A DNA stretch of 64,000 nt, from positions 90 through 64,089 of the IMG/VR virus record IMGVR_UViG_3300009078_000003. One strand, written 5' to 3'. The number at the start of each line of letters is the position of its first letter. The stretch's first letter is position 1. The notes beneath the pieces are model-generated. The model saw only the letters and a list, made by a program, of their open reading frames with translations. It had not been told where the DNA came from and ran no database searches. The position numbers and the translations under genes were made by a program. Origin of the DNA: a virus (lineage: Duplodnaviria > Caudoviricetes). This document shows positions 17,879 through 28,731 of this stretch, piece by piece.

Positions 17879-20497
17879 CTACCTCTCAAACTGGATAGCC
17901 TGAATATTAGAGCAAACCTTAAGAACACCAGAGACCCTGGACGCCTCTATACTATGGCTGTCCACAAGAGCATTGCCAAACACATTAGATTCCTCACTAA
18001 TTATAGACACAACCTCCCCATCCATGGCTGTACTACAGGGCACATAGATACTCCGGATCAGCTTCGTGTAAGCATTATCATCAAGCCAGGCAGTACCAGC
18101 CTCTATTGCTGCCTCAATAGAGGTAAGAATTGGCCTGTCCAAACTCTCAGCTTCCAAATCTCCATCATCCCAGTACACAAGGGCAACAATTCCACCACTC
18201 TCGCTTGGGACACAGACAATCAGAATAGACCCTTCACTACTTCGGGTTATTTTCCAGACATCATAACTAGTTGTATATCGAACCTCCCCCAAAGCAGCCA
18301 CAGTATCATCCATCAGGGTTATCTCATTCTGCCTGCTTACATAATCAAACCCCGAAGGGGATATCCCATCCCAGGCTATACTTTCCAAATCTGTTATAGG
18401 ATACCGAACAGACCCCTTACCCCCAACGAAAGATACAACCTCTGTCTGTTTGATAGCTTCCTTATACAAGTACACCGGGGTTCCCATAGAAGATACCAAA
18501 GTATAACCAACCCCACCTAAAGCGGGGTACACCTTAATCCTGGCATCCTGCCCCACAACCGTACAGCTATCTGCCTCCAAATTTATGGAATAATTACTTA
18601 AATCAGAGTAACCATATACTGTAACAGCATTCTCCCCAGTCCCTAAAATTCTGGAAACACTTAAGGATATAAGGTTGGAATTCCTGTCAAAGGTATCAAC
18701 AGCAGCAACGTAGGGCAGATCCACAGGTCTGACAGTATATCTTTTTTCAACATGTAAACCAGTACCATCCGGGTAGGTCCTAATTACCGCACCAACAGCA
18801 CTTGCCAACTCCTGCAGATTCTGAACAGGAGTACCCGTTACTGTCCAGCCTTCAGGGACCATCCAATCAACTACATTCCAGGTTATCGCCAACTCTGGAA
18901 CCAGATTTGCTGCAACAACAGAGGCAAGGGTATCTGTTTCCAAAACATAACTACTTTTGATTTTAAAAGGAGTGTCACACTTAGCCGCAGCTATAGACCT
19001 TCCCCAAACAGAAAAGCTCCGCTCATAATTAGAAACTTCCTCTACCAAAAAGAACCAGGCAGTTCCTTTATAAATAACCTCAATGTATGAAGTCTCACTC
19101 CCCACAAGACCCTGCAAATCCAAATAAAAAGCTGAGTCAATACTGTTTATAGACAGAGTATCAAATAATGTCTCTCTACCCATTATTAAAGATAGGGATT
19201 GAATTTTATTGGTAACGGGAACTCCATTCAAATACACTTCTATGGAGCAGTCCGGATACAAAGCTGGCTGATCCTCCATAGAACCAAGAACAGAGAAAAT
19301 CGTCTGGATGTCATTCTGCAAAGCCAACTCACCAATCAAAGAGTTCCTTACTGTAAGACTATCACTCAAAGAGGCTATAAGCGCCTGAGTTTTACTCAAA
19401 GAATCAGAAAGATCCAGTAAAGGCCACTGACTAAGAAAATCAGATTGAATTGAAGAAAGGAGATCCCGTTTAAAACTGAAGGGATCTCCGGCAGACAGTG
19501 AGTTTAAGAGTTTTTGACTACTATTCAGATAGTCTGATAACGTGTTAATAAAAGATTTGACTTCTATCTCTGCCAGTGGGACAACTGTGAAGTGCTCCAA
19601 GGAGTCCCCCATGGGATTGAACAAACTGAAAGCATCATTTACTCCGAGAGCAGATAGAAAACTTACTCTAGATAAGATAGCCTCTACCGGAGGAACCCCT
19701 AAGCCATACTCCTCTGTTATATTCACATAGGTAGATGAGTAACCCCCAAAACTCAGGGCCTCCGTCATAATCCCGCAACCACCAAGGGATAACCTAGCTG
19801 TACTCAAGTCTCCCCCAGCTGTCCAGGTAGTTCCGTCATACTCCTCAGTTGAAACCAGAAGGCTTGAGTTATACCCACCAAAACACAGGCCCGCTGCCTG
19901 CAAACCGCAACTCGCTCTGGAGTATCCTCCAGTCAGCAAATCCGATACAGTAGCCCAACTTGTACCGTCATACTCCTCCGTCCGCTTCATATAGGAGTAC
20001 CCACCTATACACAGGCCCGCTGTCTGCAAACCACAACCTGACAGAGAATGCCTGGCTACTGATATATTCCCCCCAGAAGACCAGACTGTACCATCATACT
20101 CTATGGAAGTATTCGTTGTTGAGTAGCCGTAATAACCACCAAACCCCAACCCAGCTGTCTGAGTACCGCAGCTTCCATGTTTTGATCTGGCTGCTGGCAG
20201 GACTCCCCCCAAAGACCAAGCAGTTCCGTCATACTCCTCAGTAATATCAGTCTTACCCGCACTGACATAACCACCAAAACAGAGACCTGCTATCTGGGTA
20301 CCGCAGCCACCAGGGTACTCTGTAGCCGTTAATAAATCCCCTCCGGAAGCCCAAGATGTCCCATCATACTCCTCAGTAACAGTTAAATAGGTAGTAGAGT
20401 AGCCCCCAAAGCTGAGGCCGGCAGTAAGCAACCCACAACCAGCCACACCCTGACGGGCAGTAATAAGATTACCTCCTGCAGACCAGATCCCTGGCAT
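17879..20497 (-). CDS. Tail tip/hub protein with N-terminal Kelch-like propeller
   Basis: About six repeats W..GG.L..AR....GCG..TAGL.FGGY...TEEYDG; central hub-like region (IEVYLNG...VWGRS...LASAVGAVI). Confidence 0.65.
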   Translation of the reverse strand: MPGIWSAGGNLITARQGVAGCGLLTAGLSFGGYSTTYLTVTEEYDGTSWASGGDLLTATEYPGGCGTQIAGLCFGGYVSAGKTDITEEYDGTAWSLGGVLPAARSKHGSCGTQTAGLGFGGYYGYSTTNTSIEYDGTVWSSGGNISVARHSLSGCGLQTAGLCIGGYSYMKRTEEYDGTSWATVSDLLTGGYSRASCGLQAAGLCFGGYNSSLLVSTEEYDGTTWTAGGDLSTARLSLGGCGIMTEALSFGGYSSTYVNITEEYGLGVPPVEAILSRVSFLSALGVNDAFSLFNPMGDSLEHFTVVPLAEIEVKSFINTLSDYLNSSQKLLNSLSAGDPFSFKRDLLSSIQSDFLSQWPLLDLSDSLSKTQALIASLSDSLTVRNSLIGELALQNDIQTIFSVLGSMEDQPALYPDCSIEVYLNGVPVTNKIQSLSLIMGRETLFDTLSINSIDSAFYLDLQGLVGSETSYIEVIYKGTAWFFLVEEVSNYERSFSVWGRSIAAAKCDTPFKIKSSYVLETDTLASVVAANLVPELAITWNVVDWMVPEGWTVTGTPVQNLQELASAVGAVIRTYPDGTGLHVEKRYTVRPVDLPYVAAVDTFDRNSNLISLSVSRILGTGENAVTVYGYSDLSNYSINLEADSCTVVGQDARIKVYPALGGVGYTLVSSMGTPVYLYKEAIKQTEVVSFVGGKGSVRYPITDLESIAWDGISPSGFDYVSRQNEITLMDDTVAALGEVRYTTSYDVWKITRSSEGSILIVCVPSESGGIVALVYWDDGDLEAESLDRPILTSIEAAIEAGTAWLDDNAYTKLIRSIYVPCSTAMDGEVVSIISEESNVFGNALVDSHSIEASRVSGVLKVCSNIQAIQFER

Positions 20498-20499
20498 AG

Positions 20500-21216
20500 C
20501 TAAATCTTATACTCTGCTTTAATTTGTTTTTGAACACTGGGATCCAACCCCTTTAAAACAGCATCAACCAAACCTTTTTCAATACATACAAGCATCCCTG
20601 TCCGGAGCTGTCCAAAAAGATTCTGCCGTTCAGAGGGGCTTCCCCCACTCCCCATAACTATAGCCTGGTTAATCCAACGCCTCGTGTACCCGAGCAACTG
20701 AGAGTTATCAACATCTTCCAGATCCTCCTGGCTCATCCTACTGGCCTCTCGCTCTTTGATCTCTGACCAGTTTTTCAGTTCCCGGACCCGAGCTTTAGCC
20801 ACTCTCTCCTGCTGTGCCCTGATAAAGTTTCGCTTATCCCACTCTACCTGTAGCAATTCTTTTTGAAGAGCATCTCCAAGGCTTTCCACATCCCTCTTGA
20901 TCATCTTCATTTCAATCAAGTTCTTACGATACTCAAATGAGAGCATCATAAGTTCTGAAAACATCACATTCTGCTCTCGCATCGCCTGCCAATACTTAAT
21001 TGCGGGGGTGGGAAATTTGATCTCATTAAGCACAGAGACTTCCATCTCTGTCCTAGTCCTAAAGAGCTGAGTTTTATTAGCAGTTTCCAGTAACTCCTCA
21101 GCCATACCCTGAAGGACCTGTTGATCTTCTTTAGAAAGCACAACCAGGTTTTCTTCTGGAAACAGAGTTGGGATACTTGAATCCTTACTCCTACTTACAA
21201 AGTCAACCACTTTCAT
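20500..21216 (-). CDS. Coiled-coil protein adjacent to Kelch-repeat tail protein
   Basis: FRTRTEM.VSVL...PTPA.KYWQ..REQ motif; helical. Confidence 0.55.
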   Translation of the reverse strand: MKVVDFVSRSKDSSIPTLFPEENLVVLSKEDQQVLQGMAEELLETANKTQLFRTRTEMEVSVLNEIKFPTPAIKYWQAMREQNVMFSELMMLSFEYRKNLIEMKMIKRDVESLGDALQKELLQVEWDKRNFIRAQQERVAKARVRELKNWSEIKEREASRMSQEDLEDVDNSQLLGYTRRWINQAIVMGSGGSPSERQNLFGQLRTGMLVCIEKGLVDAVLKGLDPSVQKQIKAEYKI

Positions 21217-21225
21217 AGGTTTCTC

Positions 21226-22644
21226 CTATTCACAGTAGAGTCCCAAAACCAACAAGTTAAAAGGCTCTGCCGCAGTAAGAGCTGGAACTATTTCTTTTAA
21301 CCAAACCCCCACCGCAGAAGCTACAGTCTTAAATGTTACTGTATCCCCTAATACCCAAGACCCACTCCAACCGTCTTTATCTAAAGTAAAATAGGGCAGC
21401 CCAGTATTCGGGTTAATAGGGGCAAAGTCTGATGTCACTATCCCACTTCCAAGACTCCCTTCAGCAACCCCGGCACAGCCAAAATGCGTTGCGTCCGTAA
21501 AGGTGATAGTAAATGAGTCCGTAACAGTCCCAAGATTGCTCAGCACCAAAGGATAAGTTGATTCATCATACGTTCCGGCTGATGAGATCTCCACCCAATC
21601 TAAAAAGACAGGCTCGATATCCCCAAGCTCCAGACATATTCCCACATAGGTCTCCGCAGCCAAGTAGTTATTTGCCAGCATATCATCCAAAGCAATGGTA
21701 ACTACACTGCCTGACCAGGTATGTGCCCTCTCGTGGTACGTAACTAAGATGTCCTGTGCATTCTTCGGAGCAGATGTCCAGGTAATATCTACAGTCCAGA
21801 CTCCAGTTTCCATATTCAGGGTCCCAGCAGAGCAATCCCCTGAGCAGGTACCATCAGCAGCTACATTCACAGTCATAGCCACATCCGCTCCATCAAGCGT
21901 AGTCACAACAGGGAGCTTGTCTGAGTCCAGACAAATTGGCACGTTGGCCAGGGTTGTCAGTGGTGGGGCTGTATCAACCCCGTCACCAGTGCCTATGTCC
22001 TCAGCGGTATACACCGGATCAGCGATACGAAGCCACTCTTCCGTGTCCGTAGGCTGGATAGTCATTACCTTTGAACCACCCAGGTACAAGCCATTCGGAT
22101 AGATAACATCATCCGTATGAGCTATCGGCATCCACTTGGAAAGGGGGACACTGTACTCTACAGAATCCCCTATCCGGGCAGTGGTATCCACCGTCCCAGA
22201 CTCATACTTATTCGCAATATGGATTAATCCACCATTCAAAATATCAACATCTGTGTTCTCCATGGCAATCGCCACAGTCACACCCCCCGCAGACACCCCT
22301 GCATTAAGTGGCCCGCAAGAGGCCCACTTATAGGTACTATCAAGGTCATTCTGGGTGTCCTCTTTTGTACCTAAAGCGGCCAGAATACGGTCTCCTGCAT
22401 TGGTAGGGAACTCCAGGTATACCAAAGCAGAGTAGGCAATCTCATCAGCAGAGTTTTCATTACAAATAAACTGCTTCCGGTATCTAGTAACCCCCGCAGT
22501 CCGTTCTGACTTAGTCACTCTGGGAAACAAATTATGCTTCACCCCAGACAGTATTTGCACATAGCCAACTCTTCCACCATTGGCCACAGTATCAGTCACC
22601 ACAACTGACTTTCTAAATTTTATATCATCTGCTGAAACGCTCAT
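21226..22644 (-). CDS. Minor tail protein
   Basis: NGGR...NLFP.V...ER.AG.TRYRK.F motif of siphophage tail proteins; position. Confidence 0.65.
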   Translation of the reverse strand: MSVSADDIKFRKSVVVTDTVANGGRVGYVQILSGVKHNLFPRVTKSERTAGVTRYRKQFICNENSADEIAYSALVYLEFPTNAGDRILAALGTKEDTQNDLDSTYKWASCGPLNAGVSAGGVTVAIAMENTDVDILNGGLIHIANKYESGTVDTTARIGDSVEYSVPLSKWMPIAHTDDVIYPNGLYLGGSKVMTIQPTDTEEWLRIADPVYTAEDIGTGDGVDTAPPLTTLANVPICLDSDKLPVVTTLDGADVAMTVNVAADGTCSGDCSAGTLNMETGVWTVDITWTSAPKNAQDILVTYHERAHTWSGSVVTIALDDMLANNYLAAETYVGICLELGDIEPVFLDWVEISSAGTYDESTYPLVLSNLGTVTDSFTITFTDATHFGCAGVAEGSLGSGIVTSDFAPINPNTGLPYFTLDKDGWSGSWVLGDTVTFKTVASAVGVWLKEIVPALTAAEPFNLLVLGLYCE

Positions 22645-22655
22645 GGCTCATCTCC

Positions 22656-23045
22656 TTATGGTAAAACAAAAAGTTTTATCTTCCCAAAGAAATAGGAATG
22701 GGAATCATCAGTCCGCTCCTTTCTTGGGATTATAGGTTCTATATCCAAAACCGGGGGATCCTCACTTCTAAACCTGACTGTGAAAGTCTCAGTCCGGTAA
22801 ACCAAAGTGTAGGTAGCCTTAGCTACAGAAGCAAGGGCTTTAATCTGCATCAAAACAGAATAGGAAATCCACCCCATACTAGCTGTACAAACAAGGTCAA
22901 AGACCTCCCCTCCTTGGATATTATTCTCCCAGATAATCAGGCTGCTCCCTAGCGACCGCTCTACCTCAGCAACTACTCCAGTCCAACCATGAGCAGGTAC
23001 TATGTACATATCATTAGGGAGAGTTATTCCTCCTAAAGTAATCAT
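22656..23045 (-). CDS. Distal tail-like protein
   Basis: ITLGGITLP start; immediately after tape measure. Confidence 0.55.
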   Translation of the reverse strand: MITLGGITLPNDMYIVPAHGWTGVVAEVERSLGSSLIIWENNIQGGEVFDLVCTASMGWISYSVLMQIKALASVAKATYTLVYRTETFTVRFRSEDPPVLDIEPIIPRKERTDDSHSYFFGKIKLFVLP

Positions 23046-26000
23046 GCCGGCAATCCTCTAACAAGCTCCTGCCTTCTCAACTCCGACTGGAACCTGTCCA
23101 GTACACTCTTGGTTGTTCTTCCAGAAAGAACTGCGCTACCAATATTCAGAACAAATTCATACCTACCAAGCGTTTCCCCTTCTTTACTCGCAACAGCCGG
23201 CTGAGCTGGGACTCTGGTGAGTTTGTCTGCAAGATTGATTATAGAACTGACCATTTTACGCAGGCTCTTAGTATCAACAGGCTGCTCCAGTAAAAGATTA
23301 CTACCACCAACCACGCCACCAGCCTCAAACTTGGCGAGCTTACTGAGTTTTAATAAACCAGCATTCAAGGCTGACAAGAATGGAACCCCAAATTTACTTA
23401 CACTGTCCTTTTTAACAACAAACTCTCCCGGAGTAAGCATAGCCGGGACAGTATCCCCGGTGCCAGTACCCGGCACTGTCCCCCCAGATGCTCTGGTGAT
23501 CACACCTCCCTTAGCTTTATTCAGGGTGTCCGGCCTGTTAACCTCATCATAATAAACAGTTATGGTCATACTCCGATCACGGACTATCTCATCCAGGTTT
23601 TTTCCAATTTCAACAAACCTGGTGTTGAGCATATCGGCAACAAGCTTCCATTGATCTGCCCTCTCCTGAGCAACCTCTATCTCTTTCTTCTTTGCAATCT
23701 CTGCCAGATCACCTGCTTTCTCTTGAGCAGCTATAATCTGATCCTCAACAGCCTTTATTGCATCCTCGGCAGCTTTAGGGGTAACTGGAAGCTTGATCTT
23801 CTCCTTGTTTATTGCATCAATTTTTTCTTTCCACTCATCATAAAGTTTCTTTGCTTCCTTCTTGTGCCCTTCCCCCCAAAGCTTGTCTGCCTTAAGCTTC
23901 AGGTCATAGGCTTCCTTAAGTGCGTCAACTTCTTTTTTATGAGCCTGAGCAGCTGCCACCCCCAAATCAGCCATGGCTTCCTGATATTCCTGGTACAGTT
24001 TTATAGCTTTATCAACATTTGCGGCCACCTCAGTAGCCATAAGTTCATCTGCCTGGGTTTTCTTTTTACAAGCCTCTGCATAATCACTGGCAGCCTTCTG
24101 AGCCTCAGTCATACCTGCCTGGGCAACTTTAAGAAGCAAGTTCTTTGTCTTCTCAGTTGTTGCCTCCAACTGCTCAGCTGTTTTTCTACGGATATCCTGA
24201 ATATCCTGCTCAAGTTTTATAACAGCAAGAGCGTACTCCCGAGTATGCTCAACAGCCGTATCATACTTATCCTTGAGGTAATCAGACCACTCTGTCAGGA
24301 GCTCATACCTGGCTTCCACCGATTCTTTACTGATCTCGACAAGCTTTTCATTTAACTCTGCTTCTGCCTCTCCCCGCTTTTCATCATCCTCCTTGTACAG
24401 CTCCAGGGCTCTATCTAAAGAATCCTCAGCAATCTGGACCCTCCGCTTGTGGTACACATCCTCATCAATCAATCTTTTGGAGAAAGATTCTTCCGCAATG
24501 GCTGCTATCTCATTATAGCGGGCCTGCTCCAGGGAGACCAAAGCACCCCCCAATTCAGCTATCTCTCTAAGACGGCCACCTTCCAGGTTTACAAGAGTCT
24601 CCCCGGTAGCTCTCTTGTGTTCCAACTGAGCCTCTGTCTTTGCTATCTCAAAATCATAATAGCTGTTTACATCAGCCGTTCTCCGATCAATACTCTCCTT
24701 ATAACTGTCTGCCTCCCTCTTATAAGCAGCCTCAGCCCTAGAAAGTCTCTCATCCATCATTCCATTCAAAAGTGCGTTAGCCTCTGCAAATATTGCCACC
24801 TTCCGGTTAGCTGTGGTTTTCTCCAGGTCAGCTATACTATCCTGCATTTTTTCAGCAGACATCCCGGAATTCAGAATAAGCTGCTTTTCCTTCTCATACC
24901 CCATTTCTAAGATAGTAAGTTTCTTCTTAGCCTTTTCTGCAACAATATCAGCAATCCGATCATATACTTTACCTGAAAGGTCAGGCAGCCTTTTGGCTCT
25001 TTCTATCTCTTCATCATAGGCTTCACTGACTATCTTTAACCGATCTGAATGGGCTTCCCGAACAGCAATTATCTCTTTATTAAGGAGGGCCTCCTTGGTG
25101 TGTGTCAGTTTGTAAAACAAATCCAAAGCCTTCTTCACACCCTTTTTCTCCTGCTCTGTGTACCCATCCCGAGCAGCCAGGAGTTCCAGGTACATCTTAA
25201 GGTGTTCCTCGGTAATCAAAGCAGTAGCATCTGTTACTAGATGTTCAATTCCCTCATAAGAAGCCCCAGCCTGAACCATTTGGGCAGCCCACACTTTCTG
25301 GGTCATATCACCAAATTTCATCAGGCCAGTCGCCATCTTCCCATGGGCTTTTGTGTGCTCATCTGCCAGTTTGTTATACCCTTCCGTCCTATCTTCAAGA
25401 GCAGCTGCCAACTCTTTCTGGCGAGATATCATAGTCAACAAGGGAGCATCAAGACTCTTAGCCCAATCTACAGTTGTTTCATAAACACCCTTCTCACTCT
25501 CAGAAAGACCCTCCTGTGCCAGCTTAGCTTCATTTACCAGCTTAATCTGTTCCTTAAGAGCCGCTTCAGTATCCTCATACACCTGAACAGCTTCTAACAG
25601 CTGAGTAACCATTGCAGAGTTGTCAAAAGCACCAAGAGCATCTTCCCACTCATCCAACCGATCCTTATTTTCTGAGATAACCTCTTCCTGATTTTTAATT
25701 ATCCCAGTAGACTTATCTACTTCAAGATTAAGATCCCCCATCGTTGCCTGAAGTTCTAAAAGAGCATCTGATCGCCTTCTTTCACTAACTGTCTCATCCC
25801 GGATAAGGGTCACTAAGTTTCTAAGCTTTTCCAGCCTTTTACGCTCTTCCGCCCTAACTGCTTCAGCAGCCTTCACCCAATCAGTACTTACCTCAACATT
25901 TTTCTCAGCAGATCCAAACAGCAATTTGTAAAGCCCATACAGTATACCAGCAGCTATTGCTATTAAAACAAACCGCTTGCTCAGGGCTGCCAGAGCCAAT

Positions 26001-28726
26001 TCCCAAGCTCCCGTTGCTGTGGTAACACAGCCTATATTCACAGCAAGAGCCATAACAGATGCAGCCATAGCCTCTATTTTCAAAAGCCCCCAGACAGCTT
26101 TCACAGCATATAGAGCAGCTACCCAAGCACCTATAGACAGGACTGCCTCACCAACCCCAGAACCTACAAAACGGATCAGCTGATCCAAAACCCACTGCAG
26201 ACTATTCCCAAGCACCCTAAGTGCCCCAGTAACCCCAGCCTTTCCGAGAGCAAGAGCCAAATCCGTGGCCTTATCCATAGCCTGCTTGTAAATAAGGCCA
26301 AGACCTTCCAACTGCTTTGCCTGCATTTCCAAAGCAGATCCAGTTCTCTTTGTTGCTGAAAGCAGAGCATCGAAACCAGCTACACCCTTTGACGAAAGGG
26401 CTGCAACCACAGAAGCGGATCTCAGTGCAAACATCTTAAAAGCTGCTTCCGCATCAGGGACAACAATAGACAGCCTTCTGATAATATCCCGCATGGAATT
26501 CGTTTGGGTATTGAAATCTTCCGTAGTATAGCCAGCCGCTTCCAAAGCCGCCTTAAAAGCCTCAGTAGGCTGAATCAACTGTTGGATAGTCCTGCGGAGA
26601 CCAGTTCCCATCGTGCTTGCCCGGATACCAGCATTGGCCAACAGCATGGTCATAGCTGTCGTTTCCTCTATTTCTATACCTGCCTCAGCAGCAATCGGGC
26701 CAATATAGTTGAAGGCTATCCTTAATTTATCAATCGTCAGTTTTGATCTGTTCACTGCGTTGGCAAAGATATCAGTTACCCGAGTAGCTTCAGAGGTTTC
26801 CAGATCAAAGGCCCTTATGGCAGTCGTGATAAGATCCACCACAAGATCTATATTAGTTAGGGTCCCTGCAGCCAAAGCAGCCACAGAATCTATAGACCCC
26901 AAAGCCTCTGTTGCAGTAAAGCCAGCCTGACCCAGGGTCCTCATAGCTGCAGCCACTTCGATTGCAGAGAACTTTGTTGTCCGACCAACCTCCCGGATCT
27001 TGTCATTCATCAAAGCGACTTCCCTGTCTGTAGACTGGGTAATGGCCTGAAGATCATACAGAGCCTGGTTATATTTAACCACAGCTGAAATGGCAAAACC
27101 AAAGGTAGCAACTACTGCTGATATGATGGTGGCCGCAGCAGCATACGCAGCAAAACTCTTCATGTGGGACACTAAAGAAGACATAGCCCTGCTAAGGAGG
27201 GAAGCCTTAACAGTTGTCTGACCCATCCCAGCACGCATCTGGTTGAGCAGTTTATCAGCTGTGGCTACTGGCATGTGGCCTGCTGCCACTTTCTGGGAGA
27301 GGTAGGACACCTCCTTACTTAACATGGGATACTTTCTGGCCAGACCCTCCAGACTTTTGGTAGTGCCCTCAATCGCTGCTATGTTCTTTAATTTTATCCT
27401 ACCTAAAGCATCAATTTCCCCAGCCAGACTCTTGTTGGTTTTTCTCAACTCATCAGAGGCTTTAGAAACTCGACCAATCTGACCAGCAGCCGTGGAATGT
27501 TTTTTAGTCAAGGCATCCAGATGTTGGCTTACTTCCGCATAAGACGCCCCCTGGGCCTGCATTCGTTTGGTTATCTCTTGTATACTACTAATCCGGGCAC
27601 CAGTAGCCTTAGCTAAAGCTGCCTCTTTCTTTACAACATCACCCTGCTCCTTAACTGTGGCTTTATAAGCTGCAGTTTGTTTGTTAATCTCTGTGACAGC
27701 TCCAGAAATAGACTTTGTTCTCCCATACATAGCATTGGTTTCTGCCTGTATGGTTGATAAGGACTTACCGGAAACAGCAGCCAGTTTTTCCTCAGCCTTG
27801 TTCAAAACAGCCATGGACTTTGTGTGCTGGTCCAACTCTACCCTAGCAGCTTTGTTATAATTGGCAGCATTGAGGAGTTCCCCATTGCTTACTTTTATTC
27901 TTTTCCCTAATTCCCTGGCAGACAAGCCAAGATGCTGGTAAGAGTCATACATCTTCTGGGCCTGCTGGGTAGTAATAGTGCCGGCCCGATGCAGAGAGGT
28001 AACATGCTCTCTCCAAGTATTATCTACTTTGGTGAGGGTAGCTACCTGACTTTTAAAAGCTGCTCCCTGAGTCCCAACAGCTCCAGATATTTTCTCGATC
28101 TCTGACCGGAAAGCAGGGCTTCTCCCAAGGGCCTTCTCCATAGCCTTGTCATAGTCAGTAAGACCTGATCTGGTGCTCTTGAGCCCTTGTGCGAGGTTCC
28201 GGTTTGTCCGGTCAAAAAGCTCCTGACCAGTCACATGGGCAGAAACAGCCATACCAGAGGCTACCATGGCTGCCTTCTGTTTATTAATTTCTGTTAGGGA
28301 GGCCCTTAGAGCAGGCACCCAGGCTTTCTGGGCATTAGCTGAGTAGGTGTACTTCTGGCCGAGCATACCTACAGCTTTAGATAAACCTTGAATTTCCCCA
28401 CCACCAAACTTCCACTCAGCAGCCAGCTGTTCTGTTATCAGTTTCTGCTTCTCGGAAGCCTTGGTCAGTGAACCTACAGTCTGAGCAGCTAGGGTGGCAT
28501 TGGTGGCCAAGCTCTTAACCCCACCAGAAGCCTTAACAGCTCCCTGGGCAACCCTCCCCATGGCCATGGACATGTGCCCAAGGGCATTAGCTGTTGCTGT
28601 GTCTCCCATCTTTGCAAGTTCTACAGCTGTTTCCCTGAACTCCTGCTGGAGTTTGTTCAACATGCGTATAGAACCTGCTGAGACGATAGCAGTTATGGTT
28701 CCCTTTACATCAAAGTTTGTACTCAT
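23042..28726 (-). CDS. Tail tape measure protein (TP901 family core)
   Basis: 1894 aa, Ala-rich helical; TTKFSA.EVA.A...LGQAGF, GIRASTMGTGLR; C-terminal GTGDTVPAMLTPGEFVV. Confidence 0.93.
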   Translation of the reverse strand: MSTNFDVKGTITAIVSAGSIRMLNKLQQEFRETAVELAKMGDTATANALGHMSMAMGRVAQGAVKASGGVKSLATNATLAAQTVGSLTKASEKQKLITEQLAAEWKFGGGEIQGLSKAVGMLGQKYTYSANAQKAWVPALRASLTEINKQKAAMVASGMAVSAHVTGQELFDRTNRNLAQGLKSTRSGLTDYDKAMEKALGRSPAFRSEIEKISGAVGTQGAAFKSQVATLTKVDNTWREHVTSLHRAGTITTQQAQKMYDSYQHLGLSARELGKRIKVSNGELLNAANYNKAARVELDQHTKSMAVLNKAEEKLAAVSGKSLSTIQAETNAMYGRTKSISGAVTEINKQTAAYKATVKEQGDVVKKEAALAKATGARISSIQEITKRMQAQGASYAEVSQHLDALTKKHSTAAGQIGRVSKASDELRKTNKSLAGEIDALGRIKLKNIAAIEGTTKSLEGLARKYPMLSKEVSYLSQKVAAGHMPVATADKLLNQMRAGMGQTTVKASLLSRAMSSLVSHMKSFAAYAAAATIISAVVATFGFAISAVVKYNQALYDLQAITQSTDREVALMNDKIREVGRTTKFSAIEVAAAMRTLGQAGFTATEALGSIDSVAALAAGTLTNIDLVVDLITTAIRAFDLETSEATRVTDIFANAVNRSKLTIDKLRIAFNYIGPIAAEAGIEIEETTAMTMLLANAGIRASTMGTGLRRTIQQLIQPTEAFKAALEAAGYTTEDFNTQTNSMRDIIRRLSIVVPDAEAAFKMFALRSASVVAALSSKGVAGFDALLSATKRTGSALEMQAKQLEGLGLIYKQAMDKATDLALALGKAGVTGALRVLGNSLQWVLDQLIRFVGSGVGEAVLSIGAWVAALYAVKAVWGLLKIEAMAASVMALAVNIGCVTTATGAWELALAALSKRFVLIAIAAGILYGLYKLLFGSAEKNVEVSTDWVKAAEAVRAEERKRLEKLRNLVTLIRDETVSERRRSDALLELQATMGDLNLEVDKSTGIIKNQEEVISENKDRLDEWEDALGAFDNSAMVTQLLEAVQVYEDTEAALKEQIKLVNEAKLAQEGLSESEKGVYETTVDWAKSLDAPLLTMISRQKELAAALEDRTEGYNKLADEHTKAHGKMATGLMKFGDMTQKVWAAQMVQAGASYEGIEHLVTDATALITEEHLKMYLELLAARDGYTEQEKKGVKKALDLFYKLTHTKEALLNKEIIAVREAHSDRLKIVSEAYDEEIERAKRLPDLSGKVYDRIADIVAEKAKKKLTILEMGYEKEKQLILNSGMSAEKMQDSIADLEKTTANRKVAIFAEANALLNGMMDERLSRAEAAYKREADSYKESIDRRTADVNSYYDFEIAKTEAQLEHKRATGETLVNLEGGRLREIAELGGALVSLEQARYNEIAAIAEESFSKRLIDEDVYHKRRVQIAEDSLDRALELYKEDDEKRGEAEAELNEKLVEISKESVEARYELLTEWSDYLKDKYDTAVEHTREYALAVIKLEQDIQDIRRKTAEQLEATTEKTKNLLLKVAQAGMTEAQKAASDYAEACKKKTQADELMATEVAANVDKAIKLYQEYQEAMADLGVAAAQAHKKEVDALKEAYDLKLKADKLWGEGHKKEAKKLYDEWKEKIDAINKEKIKLPVTPKAAEDAIKAVEDQIIAAQEKAGDLAEIAKKKEIEVAQERADQWKLVADMLNTRFVEIGKNLDEIVRDRSMTITVYYDEVNRPDTLNKAKGGVITRASGGTVPGTGTGDTVPAMLTPGEFVVKKDSVSKFGVPFLSALNAGLLKLSKLAKFEAGGVVGGSNLLLEQPVDTKSLRKMVSSIINLADKLTRVPAQPAVASKEGETLGRYEFVLNIGSAVLSGRTTKSVLDRFQSELRRQELVRGLPA

Positions 28727-28731
28727 AATAG

